From contig MU054187.1 in assembly GCA_013239625.1 (NCBI GenBank), positions 870,001 to 934,000 of the forward strand: 64,000 nucleotides of DNA, in the 5' to 3' direction. Made by a program: the position numbers and the translations under genes. Each line of letters starts with the position of its first letter. The stretch's first letter is position 1. Positions 47,601 through 61,512 of this stretch are shown here, piece after piece. Below the pieces are notes generated by a model that made no database searches, had not been told where the DNA came from, and saw only the letters and a program-made list of their open reading frames with translations. The DNA comes from Lama guanicoe. Taxonomy: Eukaryota.

Positions 47601-50600
47601 CTATGGATCTTGGAATTAGGAAGAGGACACTTAGGGTCAAAAGAAGGCCTTGATCCATTTCCACACATGGTGACAGTTTTGTTCTGTTTTGCTTTATTTT
47701 CTGCTGTTTTTAAAGAAAATGTAACTGAGAGCCGTGTGCAAGAGGAATTAAGTGCAGGGCTAACGGATGACACACGATGCCAATTATGGAAATGCGAGAC
47801 AATGGAACGCTGGCAAAGGGGACCAACCAGGAGTCCTTTCAGCCCCTCTCCTGCTCGCTGCCCGTGTCTGTAGGTGGCTGTCTCGCTGCTGGACGCCAGG
47901 GTGTGGAAACACCTCAGCTCCGCTGTCCTGTAACTGCTGACCAGCGGCGGGCACAGCTCAGTTTGGGATGACCATGAACACTGCGACCACGAGCCTTCTC
48001 ACGCCCTCGGTGACCGTACGTGTCAGCAGCTGCCGGGCGTTCCTTAGGAACGGATTCCTGTGCCAGATCAGCAGGTGTCCTCAGCTTCAGTAGCCGCTCC
48101 TGATGAGTTTCCTCGAGTGTGTCACCAGCTTCCACTCCCACCAGCAGGGTGTGAGGGTGAAGGCTAGTGTGTGCTGCAGGACTGTGAGTCCATGGCAGAC
48201 ACGCTTAACAGACGGTGTTTCCCAGAGAGTTTTGACTTCGAATTCTGTGCCCTAGTTGAGCCTGGCTTTTGTGTTAAGTGCTGAGGGGGAAGGTGCGTCT
48301 GTGACTTTCGCATGTGGTAGAACCCTCTAAAGCACCCTTCACGGGTTGTGCCTCTAAACTCACCCTTGCAGTGAAAAGTAACTGCATGTTTTTTCACACT
48401 TTCAAAAACACATTGACCTGCATTATAGCAGATGATTTTGAAAACAGGATTTTGGCGTATGTTCAGGGCTGTGCAGTGGGCTGCGTGTGTGTGGAAGTGC
48501 TCTCCATCCCGCGGTACTAGACAGGAGGACAGCAGCCACCGCCGGGAGCAGGTCCAGTGCCTATGGACACACTGCCGTGGTGACCCCTCACTACTCCACC
48601 TGGTACACCAACTTCTTACAATAAGGGACGATAAGAAATTCCAATAATTAAGCAGGAGAGAATATCTTAAAAAAAAAAAGGCAGTTACTAAAAAGAGAGC
48701 CAAATTGGTCCATAAAAATATAAAAAGAATGATAAACATTAGCATAGATCATCTCAACCAGCTTAAATGTTATACATATTTTTGAACAATAAATACAAAA
48801 TTTTTGGAGAATTTATTTAGACTTCTGAAAAAAACAGAAGTATTTTCCACCTGGCCAAAAATATTATTTTAGATACTGATGTATTTTAAGTTGTGAAGGC
48901 TTTTGTGAAGTGAGATCAATTTATTATTTTTTTTTTCTATTTGGAGCCCAAAACAGATCCATGAGGAAGTGCAGATCATTTAAGTCAGCCATAACTACAG
49001 CCCAAAACTGGGGAAGTTCCCTTGAGACATGTTTCGTGAAGACTAAATTACCTTAGATGCAGATATTTCTCTGTTCATCATTTATCTTAAGAAAAATTTT
49101 CTTTCTTTCTTTTCTTTGAGGGACACTTGACAGTTGTCTATAGGAATCCCCAGTCTAACATCAAAACCAAAAGGGTAGCTGAAGACTGCTGCTTGAAACC
49201 CTTTGATGATTTGGAATATTAATATCAAGAATCTGAAGTTTCAAAATCTAGAACGAATTGCAACGTTTAAGCACCAAATTGTGTATGACTTTTTAGAAGT
49301 CATGAAGGTACCACTCCGTATTTAATGAAACAGACTATACAGAGAAAAGTTTTAGAGAATAATATTTTTTTTATCACTCATTGATAAAGAAACCAACTGA
49401 AAAGGACTGTTCTTTTATGCTTGATTTTGCTTTTCAAAGTTTCCTGAGCAGCTGCCGTAAATTCAGGAGCTGTGCGCATGAGGGGAACCCCCGGCAGGGT
49501 GCTCGGGGACGCGGGTCCCCACCAGGGTCCTGGGACCCTTCAATGACTGCGAGAGACCAGGCCAGCGGGGAGTCTTGTGTGACTGTGAAAGTCCCTGTTG
49601 AAAACCCCAAGCACCAAATGCTGTTGGGAAGGGGTTAGGAGCAGCGAAGCCCGAAGCAGAATCCGGGGTGTCCACCCCTGCCGCCTGCGCCTTCACCCGG
49701 GTCCACCCTGGACCCTTTACGCTGCTCAGGCACACGGACTTCTCACATCTCCTCCCTGGGCAGTGTTCAGGCATGTAACCCAGCGTTGCTGACTTCAGTC
49801 ACTGCGCCTGCTGGATTTAAACTGCAGTCTCCCTTTCCGTCACGTGCTCCGGAGCAGCAGCTCCAGCTGAGGATGTCACGTGAATTCTGGTGACTGAGCA
49901 GCACTGTCTTGGCTACCCGGCAGGTTTCGTTCTCTTTTTAAGAATCTTTCCTGAACTCGCTGAGTGAGCTTCTGGAGTCAGAGGTCTCATTTGAGGCAGA
50001 CACTGTCCAACGTACTCTTTCTCAGGAATAAATGGTTTTCTAGTTTTGCTTCTGGATATTGCGTGTGACCCTGGGGAAAAAAAAAACTCTCAAATGTCAG
50101 CATTTGGAGAAGAGAAACGTTTTAGAGGTTTATACTCTGTATATTGATTGATAGTCCATGATGACAAAGTTGACTGGTTTTGAACTAAACAAAGTATTTC
50201 TTTATCTCTTAGTTTCAGTCACAAACGAATAAACACACATATAAAAAATAAATGCACTCGTGAGGAAACCAGGTAGACTCGAGGAACTCTGTTCTTTGAG
50301 TGATTTTAATGCCTAGACAAGAGGGACAATTTTATTTTTGTTCTCCTAAGGAAAACACAGAAATATTTGTTATTTTCCTAAGGCAACGTTTCAAAACATT
50401 TCCCTCATTCTTACACAAAAACACTTATTTCCTCATCTTCACACACATAATATTGAGGAAATTGTATTAAGAAGCGCAGGATCTGACTTCGTTAAACAGT
50501 TACTCTGCAGTCTGCAGTTTTCGGTTAATGAGAGCTCTCAGATATTAAATACCTTTATTCGTATGTGACATTTCCTCTTTGCAGTGGCCTGAAAGCAAAC

Positions 50601-51219
50601 TGAAGATGGGGTTTATCATGATTGAATAGCTCTGTTTTGGCCAGGAAGCTTTTTGTGATGATTTGCACGACACCTTACGAATACTTCAGTTGCACAGAAA
50701 TTGACACAGCAGCTGCCGTGTGATCATCTCAGATGTCTGGTTGTTGTTTCTTATGGAATTCAGTTTCCTGGAGGAATACGGAACCATGATCCAAAAGCAA
50801 AACATTGTATTTGTTATTTCTGCTACTGCAGGGGGATTTGCTTCCTCCAATTATCCACCACTGGCTACGCTTTCATGAGGGAAAAACGAGATGACAGTGT
50901 TGTTGAAATCACTTCACATTAAGCCTTTAGCACAGATAAAGTATAACTTACATGTTCCAAACGTGGGCTAGTGATGCAGGCTCGTGTGTGAAACTGCACA
51001 CGTTCGGCTCGTGACACAGTTCCTGGTTATTAATGTCGCCCTCCAGCAGGTGGTTATGCGATTTCTAGTAATTACTGTTTTAAAAGGAATTTCTCCCTCC
51101 TCCAATCCTGAAAACAGGAGTTTGCACTTTCATTGTGTCACGTTTGACATGTTGATAAAATACCATGAAAGCTTAGCTGCTGAGTCTATTAGAACTAAAC
51201 ATAATGGCAAAGAAGCAAC

Positions 51220-51700
51220 ATTTTTTTTTGATCGAGGTGTCGTCAGTCACCATGCGTCATTTTCTGGTGCACAGCACAATGGTGTTGTCGTGCATTTAGA
51301 TCCATATATTCATTTTCATAGTCTTTTTCATTAAAGGTTATTACAAGATATTGAATACAGTTCCCTGTGCTCTACAGAAGAAATTTCTTTTTTAATTTAA
51401 TTTTACGTATAGTGGTTAACATTTGCAAATCTCAAACTCCCAAATTTATCCCTCCCCTCTCCCTTTGCCCTGGTAGCCATAGGGTTGTTTGCTGTGGCTG
51501 CCAGTCTGCTTCTGTTTTGTAGATGAGTTCATCAGTGTCTTCTTTTTTCTTTCTTTCTTATATTTTTAGATTCCACATATGAGCGATCTCATATGGTATT
51601 TTTCTTTCTCTTTCTGACTTCCTTCACTTAGAGTTTCGATCTCCATGTTCATCCATGTTGCAGCAAGTGGCATTACTTTATCCTTTCTTATCACTAAGTA
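51220..51700 (-). mobile_element. Truncated L1 3' end with ORF2 terminus
   Basis: Poly-T...ttctggtgcacagcacaatg...acagttccctgtgctctacag...agattccacatatgagcgatctcatatggtatttttc. Confidence 0.88.
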
Positions 51701-52399
51701 GTACCCCAGTTCTTCCTCTCTTCTCCTCTAGAGGAGATTATAAATGTACTGTTCCCAGATACATTATTTCCTACAGATATTTAAGTGCCATGACCTTTAG
51801 GCACAAGACATTCACTAGTGTGCCTACTTGTGAGTGCTGGTGAAAAGTTACATTTTTAAAGGAGGGAGTTAATTTTTCCATATCTCTTTAATGGCTAAGC
51901 ACAAGAATTAAAGGAACATGATAAGAGTTAACAACAATTAAGATCATAAATTATGTAACAATTACTCTCTGGGTAACTATCCTCTCCCAAGAGCAGAAAA
52001 GAAGATCTTGAAAAATAATGTTTAACTCTCTCAGTACAGTAGTTTTTATTCTTAAAGCAGGAAAACTGACTTCCTTGCGAGGACACCCATAGTACTGAAA
52101 CTGGACACATGTGCCTGAAGTGTAAAGCTGGTTCTGAGCGCTGTCACATCAGTTGTCAGCACCCAAACGGTGAGTTCTAGGCTGTATTTTATTAGTGAAT
52201 GTTAAAAGTCGTAATCTATCCACAAGCTTTCAAAGCCATTGGCATGACCAGGAGTGGAGCAAGAGAAAGAGGGTTGCAAGGTGTTGGAGGCGCCCGTGTG
52301 TCCTCCACGCCCAGCTGGCCCTCTGTCTACTGCTCCTCGTGAATGCCCGCCCTCCAGGCAGGACACTCTCTCTCTAGCTTAACAGGGTCCCTGGGCTCC

Positions 52400-54560
52400 C
52401 CCCGCCACACGCACACGTACTGCGGACTTGGGGATGCAGACGCTGCTCAGATTCCTCTCAGTAAAGGGCGCGCCACCAGCCGGGCAGCTGAGAGGTGCTC
52501 AGCAACCACTCACACGGCCAAGGCTGCCCACGGAGGGGCAGACCTGCGGGAACGAGGCCCCAGGGCTCCAGTTCCTGCAGGGCAGAGACCCCAGCCCACG
52601 GACCTGCTCCCAAAGCAAGACCGTCCCCCGGAGAGAGGCAGCCATGCTCCCCACCCTAGTTCTGGAGCAGCAATGGCAAGGTTTGCACAGGGAGAGGCGG
52701 AGAGAAAGAAAGGGCTGCCCAGCTCACCCCGAGTAAAGTGGCGGATTTGAAACAGGACGCAGGGAAGCTGAGCTACAGGGGCACTCTTGCAGAAAGCGTA
52801 GACAGTGGTGCTACAGAATGAGGAGGAGGCTGGAAGCTCCTTGAGGGCAATGGGCTGGACTGTACCCCACGTGGAAAGTCAGCAGAAAGAGCTGGAAAAA
52901 GCGGCAGCCAGGAAGGGCCCTCCTGAGGGGGACAGACCTCGGAGAAGGACTTCAGAGATGACTCTGGCAAACAGCCCCACATGTCGCTGTACCAGACTGC
53001 GCGACAATGTACGTCCCAGAAAGTTACTGAAAACAATAAAGCAGTCAGCTGGAAACCCGTGGAGGGAAGCAGCGTGACACCCACAGGCAGACAGCTTAAC
53101 AGAGAGACAGGAGACAAGACAGACAGACAAGCCTTGTACACCCCCCCTCGCTCCAGGACTCGGCCTCGCAAGGCGCAGCCCTGGGGCGCAGTGCGGGGGG
53201 TGCTCTGCGCGGGAGGGGTGCTGCTGAGGGAGCCGCCCAGTCTGCAACCGGACAAGCAGGAAGCCCACCAGCCAGCCCGGGGGCGTAGGGGTCAGAATCC
53301 AGATAACGACGCAGATCAGTGTTTAAATACTGTGCTGTCTGAAACGTGCAGTCATCACCACCCCCGACAACACGCTGCAGGACGAGCAAGTGTTCCACAA
53401 GCAGGAGAAGAGCAAGCAACGGAAACGATCTCAGAAAGGGCAGACACGCGAGGCTCAAGGCCCTCAACACAGGGACTCACGGAGACCCTGCTCGCGGACG
53501 TGCAGGACAGCGTGACGGCCATGGCTCATCCGAGGACCTCGGAAAGACGCAGAGATCCTGGAAACGACCCAGAGAGGAATTCTGCTGCTGCAACGTGTAC
53601 CTGAAGTTTTGACAGAGTCACACAGGGCTTCAACAGCAGAGGAAAAGCTCTAGTAACGTGCAGGTAGAACAATGGACGTTACACAACGTGAAAAATGGAA
53701 GAAAATAATAATTAATAAAGATAAAAAGAACCTTAGAGAAACGTGGGTCCCACAGACACACCAGCGCACATGTAATGGGAGAAGTGGGAGAGAGGAGAGC
53801 GAGAAAGTAGAAAAATAGTTGAGAAAAAATTACCTGTGAAGATAAATTAACAGTGATTATGTAAACAGACGATCAGAGAAAAATAATGAAAAGAAGAACA
53901 GAGCCTCAGGGAAATTTGGGACCCGATTCAGCGCCCCGTCACACCTCTGTGAGTCCTAGTAGGGGGAGAGGGAGAAGGCAGAAGGAAAAACCTGAAGAAA
54001 TAATGACTGAAAGCTCCCCAAATTTACTGTAAAATAATAATGAAGATGTCCAGGAAGTGCAAAGAATTCTAACCACCAACTAGGACAGACACGGGGGCGT
54101 GCCCACAGACGCGCCGTGGTGAGGAAGCTGGAAGCCAGAGGCGAGGGAAAACCCTCGAAAGCAGAAAGGAAAAAAAATCACGTACAAAGTGACCTCAGCA
54201 CAGGTCATAACTGACTTCTCTGCAGGAACAACGCAGGCCGGAAAGTGCTCAGATCGCACAGTCCAAGTTCCCACAGAGCAGAGCTGCCAGCTGTGAGCCC
54301 CACACCCACAGAGCTCTCTCTCCAAGCGAAGGGGAAATAAAGGCAAGAGGAAGATTCCCAAACACCGAGAACCTGTCTCGAGCAGACTCATGTTAAAAGT
54401 AGCACTGAAGCGAATTCTTCAGGCTGAGGGCAAGTGACACCAGGTGGTAGTTCAAATCCCCAGGTTAAAACAAACAAAACGGTGAACCGGTAGAAGTAAT
54501 TACCTACTTACAAAAGACACCTTTTTTGTGCAGCTTTTTCCTCTTTTCTTCTCTTAACTC
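52400..54560 (+). mobile_element. Ancient L1 5' UTR/ORF1 remnant, GC-shifted
   Basis: ORF1-like segments gaacagagcctcagggaaatttgggac, tgaagaaataatgactgaaagctccccaaattt, ataactgacttctctgcaggaacaacgcaggccggaa and gaattcttcaggctgagggcaagtgacaccag. Confidence 0.65.
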
Positions 54561-55904
54561 ATTTAAAAGCTGGTGGTATAAAAAATAGGCATTTGTTTCG
54601 TGGGGCCTGTAGCACGCGAAAATGTGATATACATCTCATACATTTTCCAGTAACACAAAGGAGGCACTGAAAGCGATGGCCGAGAAAAGAACTGACCTCA
54701 ATATTTTTAGAAATAGCATTTTGACTGAACGTTACAGGCTGAAAAAAGAAAAACAACTGAAACAAGTACTGTGCACTAGTCAGTAAATCTGTTTTCAGAG
54801 CAGCACGGGCTAGCAGCTCTAACACTGTGTTCTGGGTTGAGTAAGTACATCCACACACAGGGAATAATGCAGACCAGGCTCTTCCCGCTGCAGCAAGGAC
54901 GAGGGAAACACGGAGTCTCGCAGGAACCTGTGGGGCTGAGCTGGGATCGCAGTATCAGAGTGTGCTCGTTTCACAGGCACGTAAGTATACATTAATTTTT
55001 TTTTTTTACTAAAAACGTATGTGTTGTTTATCTGAAGCAAAATCCACACATCTAGACTACATCTCTTTGCGTTTCCCTGACACGTTGCATCTCCTTGTCT
55101 TGCAGAATTTGCTCATAGTATTTCCTGCAGTTATAATCCGTGTCCCAGTTACACTGACACATAACTCATTTCATTCTTTTGTCCACTCGTATTCATTAAT
55201 GAAAAAAGACTCTCAACGTCAGCGTTATGCACCAGAGCACAGAATATGTGGTAACTCTGAGAACTGACTTTCCAACTTGATTTGCTGAAGCACATGACGC
55301 TGCCTTTCACGCTGTAACTTCCCACTGTTCAGGACTATTTAGCATCGCTTCATCACAGTTCAGGATGTTTTATGTCCACAGCGGCTCCCGTCTGTGTCGT
55401 GGTGTCACATCAGTCAGTGCTTCCGAATTACCAGGAACGGCTGGGCATCTGCTGAGCTCGCGATGAACGGGTCTCAAACTGACCGAGTACCTGTCGAGTG
55501 CTGCTCCTCTACATAAACTCTGTCAGTTGTGCGTGAGGTGAGTTACATCATTATGTTGAAAAATCTATAAATTAAGAACGTGATTATATCAAAAGGATGA
55601 ATGAAGGAAAATGGTAATTGTATGTGCTTCAATTCTAGGTTCAGAAAAATAATGAAAAAAATTAAACTCTCAGTCAATAAGGACTCCTTCGAAGAGGGGG
55701 GAGTTTAAGAAGCCACAGGCCATGACATCAGAACAATGTGCGCACCACAAAGAATTACAGGAAAAGGTAATTTTGTAATTTTTTCCCTTATATATAAGAA
55801 TAAGAATTATCGTTTTTGAGTATTGCTTCGTCTGGGTAATTCACATCACATTGAATCACTAGCTCACAAACACCCTTAAATTCCCAATGAAAGAGACTTC
55901 AAGT

Positions 55905-56030
55905 GATGATATATCTCCCTTGTTTACAGCTGAATGAATTAGAACTGAGAACTGAAATGACACGGTCAAGGTCAAACAGAGATTTATGGTTAAACTTGGA
56001 TTAAGACCCAGATGTTCCAACTTCTCTGAA
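55905..56030. mobile_element. MIR SINE remnant
   Basis: atctcccttgtttacagctgaatgaa...aaatgacacggtcaaggtcaaacag...ggattaagacccagatg. Confidence 0.6.
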
Positions 56031-56149
56031 TTGTCGCCTTGCCCTTAATGACAAAGCCCTCATCCTTCTCCTACTGTAGATTTTGCTGTCCAATAATTTA
56101 TTTTTATTTATGTATTGACAAAAAATAATTATCTGTATGTATATACTAA

Positions 56150-56815
56150 GGCACATAAATGACTAAATAAATGAATGACAGAGACAAATCAGTGCAGGAT
56201 CCCCAGTAAGTAACGTAGACACTCCACTTTGAGGGGTTAGAATGTAACCCCTCACCCCTTCAGTGTGGGCTGAGCAGGAAGACGTCACCAGACAGCGCCC
56301 AGTATGGAAAAGAAGGGGGTGAGGAAGGGCAGCTTCACGCAAAGAACGCTGGCAAGCACTGTCTCCACCAGGAGACCACGGTCACCACCAGCAGTGGTAA
56401 GTCCCGCTGGTCATCAGTACCTTGTGCACGACACGATGAGCACGGCGTCTGACCTGCGTGGTCTTACAGAATGCCTGACCGGTACTCCTGAAATCTGTCA
56501 AGGCCAACAAAAGCAAGGAAAGTCTGAGAAACTGTCTCAGTGTACAGGAGCCTAAGGAGACGCAGAGAAGAAATAAAATACGGTATCTTAGATGGGATTC
56601 TGGAACAGTGAGCATACATTAGGCAAAAACTAAAGAAATCTGAATAAAATGTGACCTTCAGTTCACAATAATGTATTGGTTATTGGTTTATTGGGTGCAG
56701 TAAACACACTATTGTAACACAATATTTTAACAATAATGGAAATTGTGGGGGTATACAGGAACTCTTTGTACTATCCTTACATTTTAAAAATAAAAATACT
56801 TATTTTTAAAAATGA
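56150..56815 (+). mobile_element. Old L1 (L1MC/MD-like) 3' UTR
   Basis: taacccctcaccccttcagtgtgggctg...gaaagtctgagaaactgtc...ttaggcaaaaactaaagaaatctgaataaa...ggaactctttgtactatc. Confidence 0.7.
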
Positions 56816-56829
56816 GCATAACAAGAAAT

Positions 56830-58170
56830 CACACGCTCATGTACGTGATAAATAGTCCTCAGCAGAACTGCACAGTGGGCTGTCTCTGGTACAGGCGGTG
56901 TTAGGGAAGCTGGATGGTCTCATTGCAAAGAATGAAGTTTGACCTTTTATCTTACACTCTGTACAATAATTGACTCAAAATGGATTAGAGAACTAAATGT
57001 AAGACCTAAAATTGTAAATCTTCCAGAAGAAAACATGGAGGAAAGATTCATGACATTGGATTTGACAATGATTTCTTGGCCACGAAGCCAAACACAAACA
57101 ACAAAAGCAAAAACAGAATGATGGGACTATGTCAAAGTTAAAAACTTCTGTGCGACAAAGGAAGCTATTAGCAGAGTGAAAGACAAGCTGCAAAAAGGGG
57201 AAAATACTTGCAAATCATAGCTCTGGTAAGAAATAAATATCCAGAATATAGAAAGAATTCCTGTAATTCAACAACAAAGAAGGTAAATAACCAGATTAAA
57301 AAATGGGGAAAGGTCTCAGACAGACATTTTTTCCAAAGAACATTTACACATAGTCAACAAGCGTATGAAAATGTGCTTCTCATCATGAATCAGGGAAACG
57401 CAAGTCAAAATCACAGGGAGAGACCACCTCACATCTGCCGAGGTAGCCACTACCACCAGCACCATCGCCACGGACAGCAAAAGCAGATAATGAGCAGTGT
57501 TGGTAATGACGTGAAGAAACTGGAGCCCTTGTGAACTGTTGATAGGGATGCAAAATGGTGCAGCTGTTGTAGAAAAAGTATGGAGATGCCTCAGACAATT
57601 AAAAATACATCTACCATTTGATCCAACAATCCCACTTTTGGGCATTTATCCAAAAGAAATGAAAACAAGATCTCAAGGAGATATTTGCACACTCATGTTC
57701 ATCATCACATTATTCATAATAGCCAAAAGGTAGAGGAAACCTCAAGGTCCATTGACAGATGACTGGATAAAGAAAATGCAGTACATACACACAGTGGAAT
57801 ATTATGCAGCCTTTAAAAAGAAGGAAATCCTGTTCTATGCTACAACATGGGTAAGCCTGGAGGACATTTGTTCAGTGTGACTGGACACAAAAAGGCAAAC
57901 ACTGCATGGTTCCATTTATGTGAGGTGTCTAATATAGTCTGACTGTTAGAAACCACAGAAAGTAGAATGGTGGCTGCCAGGGACTAGGAAGAGGGGAAAG
58001 TGAGAAGCTGTTCAATGGCTTTAGCAGTTTTGCAAGATGGAAAAGTTCTAGAGATCTTTTGTGCAAAAATGTGGATATATTTATTACTGATTGGTACACT
58101 GAGAAATGGTTAAGATGATAAATTTTATGTGTCGTTCACCACAATTATAAACCAAATACCAATTAATAAA
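56830..58170 (+). mobile_element. L1MA-like ORF2 3' portion and 3' UTR
   Basis: ORF2p-like peptides in the track (IDSKWIRELNVRPKIVNLPEENM; HLPFDPTIPLLGIYPKEMK...ICTLMFIITLFIIAK) followed by an L1 tail. Confidence 0.9.
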
Positions 58171-58834
58171 ACACGTGTTCTTGAAAGAAACATGATAAAT
58201 ATAAAATATTGGCATTATTTTAGAAATCTGCACTCCTCTCAGTGAATTCAAAGGCATTTATAATAACATGCACAATCTTGAACAAAATCCCTTGTGTTTT
58301 TCCTGCCTTTCCTAATGTGTACATTTCCCTGAACCGGATGTTGCTTTTGAACTTTGCGTGGTCCTCTAAGGCATGTGCTTTTCTGGACCTTGATTTTATT
58401 CTTCAAAACTTTGTTAAGAGTCACCTTTGTTGAGACACATAGCAGTCGTTCACCATTTCACTAAGGGAGCAGCCTTTCGAGGGTTCCCCCAAATCTGAGA
58501 AGTCCGTTCTGACTCTGGGCCTGCGTGACCTCACAACTTGACTCTCATCCTGGCCACAGAGATCGATCCTGGAGCGAGCGGTGCCCCGCGGAGCGCCAGC
58601 CACTCCGGCAGAACACACCCAGCTGCACCATGCGCTAAGCTTCTCCTCCGGTTTCTATTTTTAACATCTGAGCATATTCCTCACTATCTTTCAAGCTCAG
58701 CTATGATGAATATTTTATCTGATTTTAAAATTTTAGTTATTTCTGCTGTGAGAGTTTTCCATCTGCCCAGAAGAACCCACGTTGCCAGAAGTCTGCCTCA
58801 CTGGACGGCCTCGCCTTCCACCAATTATCTGCAA

Positions 58835-58942
58835 CTATTTCTCTCCCTTTCTCAGTTTCTTCTCTTCTGACAGCTTTGACTGAAACCCGAGATGTGCAGC
58901 CCTTGGCGTGTCTGGGAATTTCCCCCTTTTCATTGACTGGGT
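58835..58942 (-). CDS. Candidate terminal coding exon (D) of an unidentified minus-strand gene
   Basis: Acceptor ttgtgctcatattccag|ACC. Phase-0 translation TQSMKRGKFPDTPRAAHLGFQSKLSEEKKLRKGEK* with TAG at 58837-58835. Confidence 0.35.
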   Translation of the reverse strand, partial: TQSMKRGKFPDTPRAAHLGFQSKLSEEKKLRKGEK

Positions 58943-59254
58943 CTGGAATATGAGCACAAGAAACTCATTGCAGTTCTCAGTATTTGAATTTTCATTTCAC
59001 ATTTATTTTAAAATAATAAATATACATTTGTTTTAAACATCTAAAAAGTAACAGACAAGCAGTCCTATGTTTGCAAACGGCAAGGCTACCAAAACAGAAC
59101 TGTTGAGGTCAGAATGAACTGCCACTGAGCTATAAAGTGAGCCAAAACTGATTTAATGATAATTCTTTAAAAAGCACCTGGAAAATCAAATACAGAAAAA
59201 TTGTTGAGTTTGGGTGCAAAGAAAATGAAGAATGGTAGAGATGTGTGATTTTTT

Positions 59255-59478
59255 GTTTGCTTTATTGAGCCAACACTGACATAGCACTATGCCAGCCAGT
59301 TTTCTATGTAATTTCTAAATATGAACTAAATGATTCCTGGTAACACCTGAGTGGTGGGGCTGAGTCTCAGAGATGCTCTGCAAGCGCCCAGCACCCGCAC
59401 CCAGGCAGCGGATGTGGGCTTTGAACCGTCTCGTCTGGTTCTAGTCTGTATCCTTGACCCTGATGCTATGCTATCTCA
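59255..59478. mobile_element. MIR SINE remnant
   Basis: tttattgagcc...ctgagtctcagaga...gggctttgaaccgtctcgtctggttctag...atgctatgctatctc. Confidence 0.6.
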
Positions 59479-59653
59479 CCTACATGAGACTTTTATCCAG
59501 TCTCATTCTTGAATTTCCATCTTTCCCTTAGGAAAGTATTTTTACTCTTTAGAGCAAAATACATTCTGATTTCATTCATTTTGTATTTAAGAAAGTCTGT
59601 CTCTAGGCTTTATAAGCACATTTTAGTTTCACTGTAAACAGGAAATGACTCAC

Positions 59654-59882
59654 AATGAATTTGATGTCCTGCAACATTCCAACATTGAAAACGACTCGAG
59701 AAGGACAGCTTACAAAGCGGCTGTTAGGCTGAACAAGGTGGGTCTTGGGAGTGTGAGGCCCTTCCCTGTGAGGCTGCTTGTAGGTGAGACAGTGCTGGGG
59801 AGGTAAGCAGATGCGATGAAGAATAAATTCGGACTCAAAGTGAACAGGGCAGTAATTTAAGCAGCCTGACATTTCTGAATTC
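59654..59882 (-). CDS. Candidate exon C (229 nt) of the unidentified gene
   Basis: Acceptor atttcttactttatag|GAA and donor ATT|GTGAGT. One frame is open end to end (NSEMSGCLNY...GMLQDIKFI). The phase-0 frame reads EFRNVRLLKLLPCSL* (TGA at 59837-59835). Confidence 0.5.
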
Positions 59883-59912
59883 CTATAAAGTAAGAAATCC
59901 TCATTGACAACC

Positions 59913-60030
59913 GTGTGCGTGTGTGTGCATGTGTGTGTTGTGCATGCATGTGTGTTATGTGTGTGTTGTGTGTGCAGGTGCGTGTGTGAGTACATGTGTA
60001 TTGTGTGCACGTGTGTGTTGTGTGTGTGAG
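59913..60030. repeat. Degenerate (TG)n tract
   Basis: Read directly. Confidence 0.9.
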
Positions 60031-60644
60031 AGTTTAAGGAACTGCACTGCCCAGTCTGCCAGTGTGCAGGAAGTCGACACTGATATGCTGTCAGACAAAA
60101 AGCTTTCTCAAGACATGTTCATTTGCTCCATCCCTGAGGTGACAAACTAATTGGCAATTATGACACATGGGAGATGACAAACTGTTATTAAAATGTCAAA
60201 TACGCTCCCAAAGCAGAAGGTTCTCCCAGACAAGTCAAGAATGGAAGCCACTTTTTAAATGAGACTTTTTTTAATGAAAGATCTTTTATGGCTTAATGTA
60301 GAAAAGCATTTCAGTTCAGGACGAGAAATCTGAAGCATGATGACAGAAAATAACAATTATTCAGTCACTGAGAGGCAAAAGAATACTTTTTAATAAAAAT
60401 GTTAAGAGGTGTGAAAGTAAAATCTGCTCCTCTGGAAACTGTAAAAACATTGAGCTTGTGTATAAACAAAGTGTGTTATCACTCCTAAAAGTAGCTTGAT
60501 GCTTGATGTTTTTCCAGAAAAATCCTGCTTTGTAGTTAAGCAAGTGATTGAGCTGTCTTTTCTTTAAAAATTACACCTCTGAAACTTTTATATTCTCTAT
60601 GACCGCTGTGGTTTTCTTTTCAAATAAATCAGTGAAAAATAAAT

Positions 60645-60810
60645 TCTATGAAATATAATAATATATAATACATAGGAAATATATATTATATGTTATATAA
60701 CATATATTATATATTTATATATATTATGTTATGTGTATTTTACCACAATAAAAAATGTTTTGTTAAGACAGAAAGAAAGGAAGAAAGAAAGGAATGAAGG
60801 AAGGAAAGAC
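60645..60810. repeat. (TA)-rich tract, short L1-like tail and (GAAA/GGAA)n
   Basis: Read directly. Confidence 0.8.
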
Positions 60811-61391
60811 TGTACAGAGGGGATTGTTTAAAAGTCCTCCAGCAAGCAGGTCGTGCCTGATGCCCAAGTCGGGGAGCTCAGGGAATGCAGGTGAATTATG
60901 GGAACCCGTGCCACTATCATCTCCCACCTGGTCCCCGTTCCTGGTGCCTGCTCTGCGTTCAGTTTAGTAACACAGTGCTCGGGACCTACGTGGTTTTTAG
61001 GGGTCTATGGGGAGAAAACCAGACTCCAAAACACAAAGAAAAAACTACAAAAAATTTAATTAAATGTATATATGATATCTCCTTATGTCAACGAGTCACT
61101 GAAACTCAATTCAATTGTTAACAAACAGCGTATAATCCACAGTTTAATGTGGAATGACATGAACCGAAATAATTTGATTTCAAGAGGATGAGGCTTAAGA
61201 CTGAGAATGCCGAAGGTCTGCGGGGTCCTGACCTGCCCTAACCCAGACGCTGACCTCCGCACACTTGGTCCTGCTACCTGTCCATGGGCTCTTTCAGGTC
61301 TCGCTCCAGTAAATGAGAATACAAAGACAAAAATCATCAGAAAAAGAGCATGGGAGAAAGAAGAAGAAGGGAAAACAGTGTGTAGTCTTAC

Positions 61392-61512
61392 TTGATACAA
61401 ATCATCACATCTGGGCAAAGTAATTCCAGATCCGGATCCAACAGAGTTCGCTCCACCCAGGTGAGAGATCTTGAAATAGGAATTCCATATTTTTGACATA
61501 TTAAGTGTGAAA
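61392..61512 (-). CDS. Candidate exon B (121 nt) of the unidentified gene
   Basis: Acceptor catttttaaag|TTT and donor CAA|GTAAGA. Two open frames: FTLNMSKIWNSYFKISHLGGANSVGSGSGITLPRCDDLYQ and SHLICQKYGIPISRSLTWVERTLLDPDLELLCPDVMICI. Confidence 0.55.

Noticed and set aside
52773..53612. ORFs up to 207 aa
   Set aside because: They lie in a GC-shifted L1 5' UTR/ORF1 remnant, with no recognisable domain or splice context.
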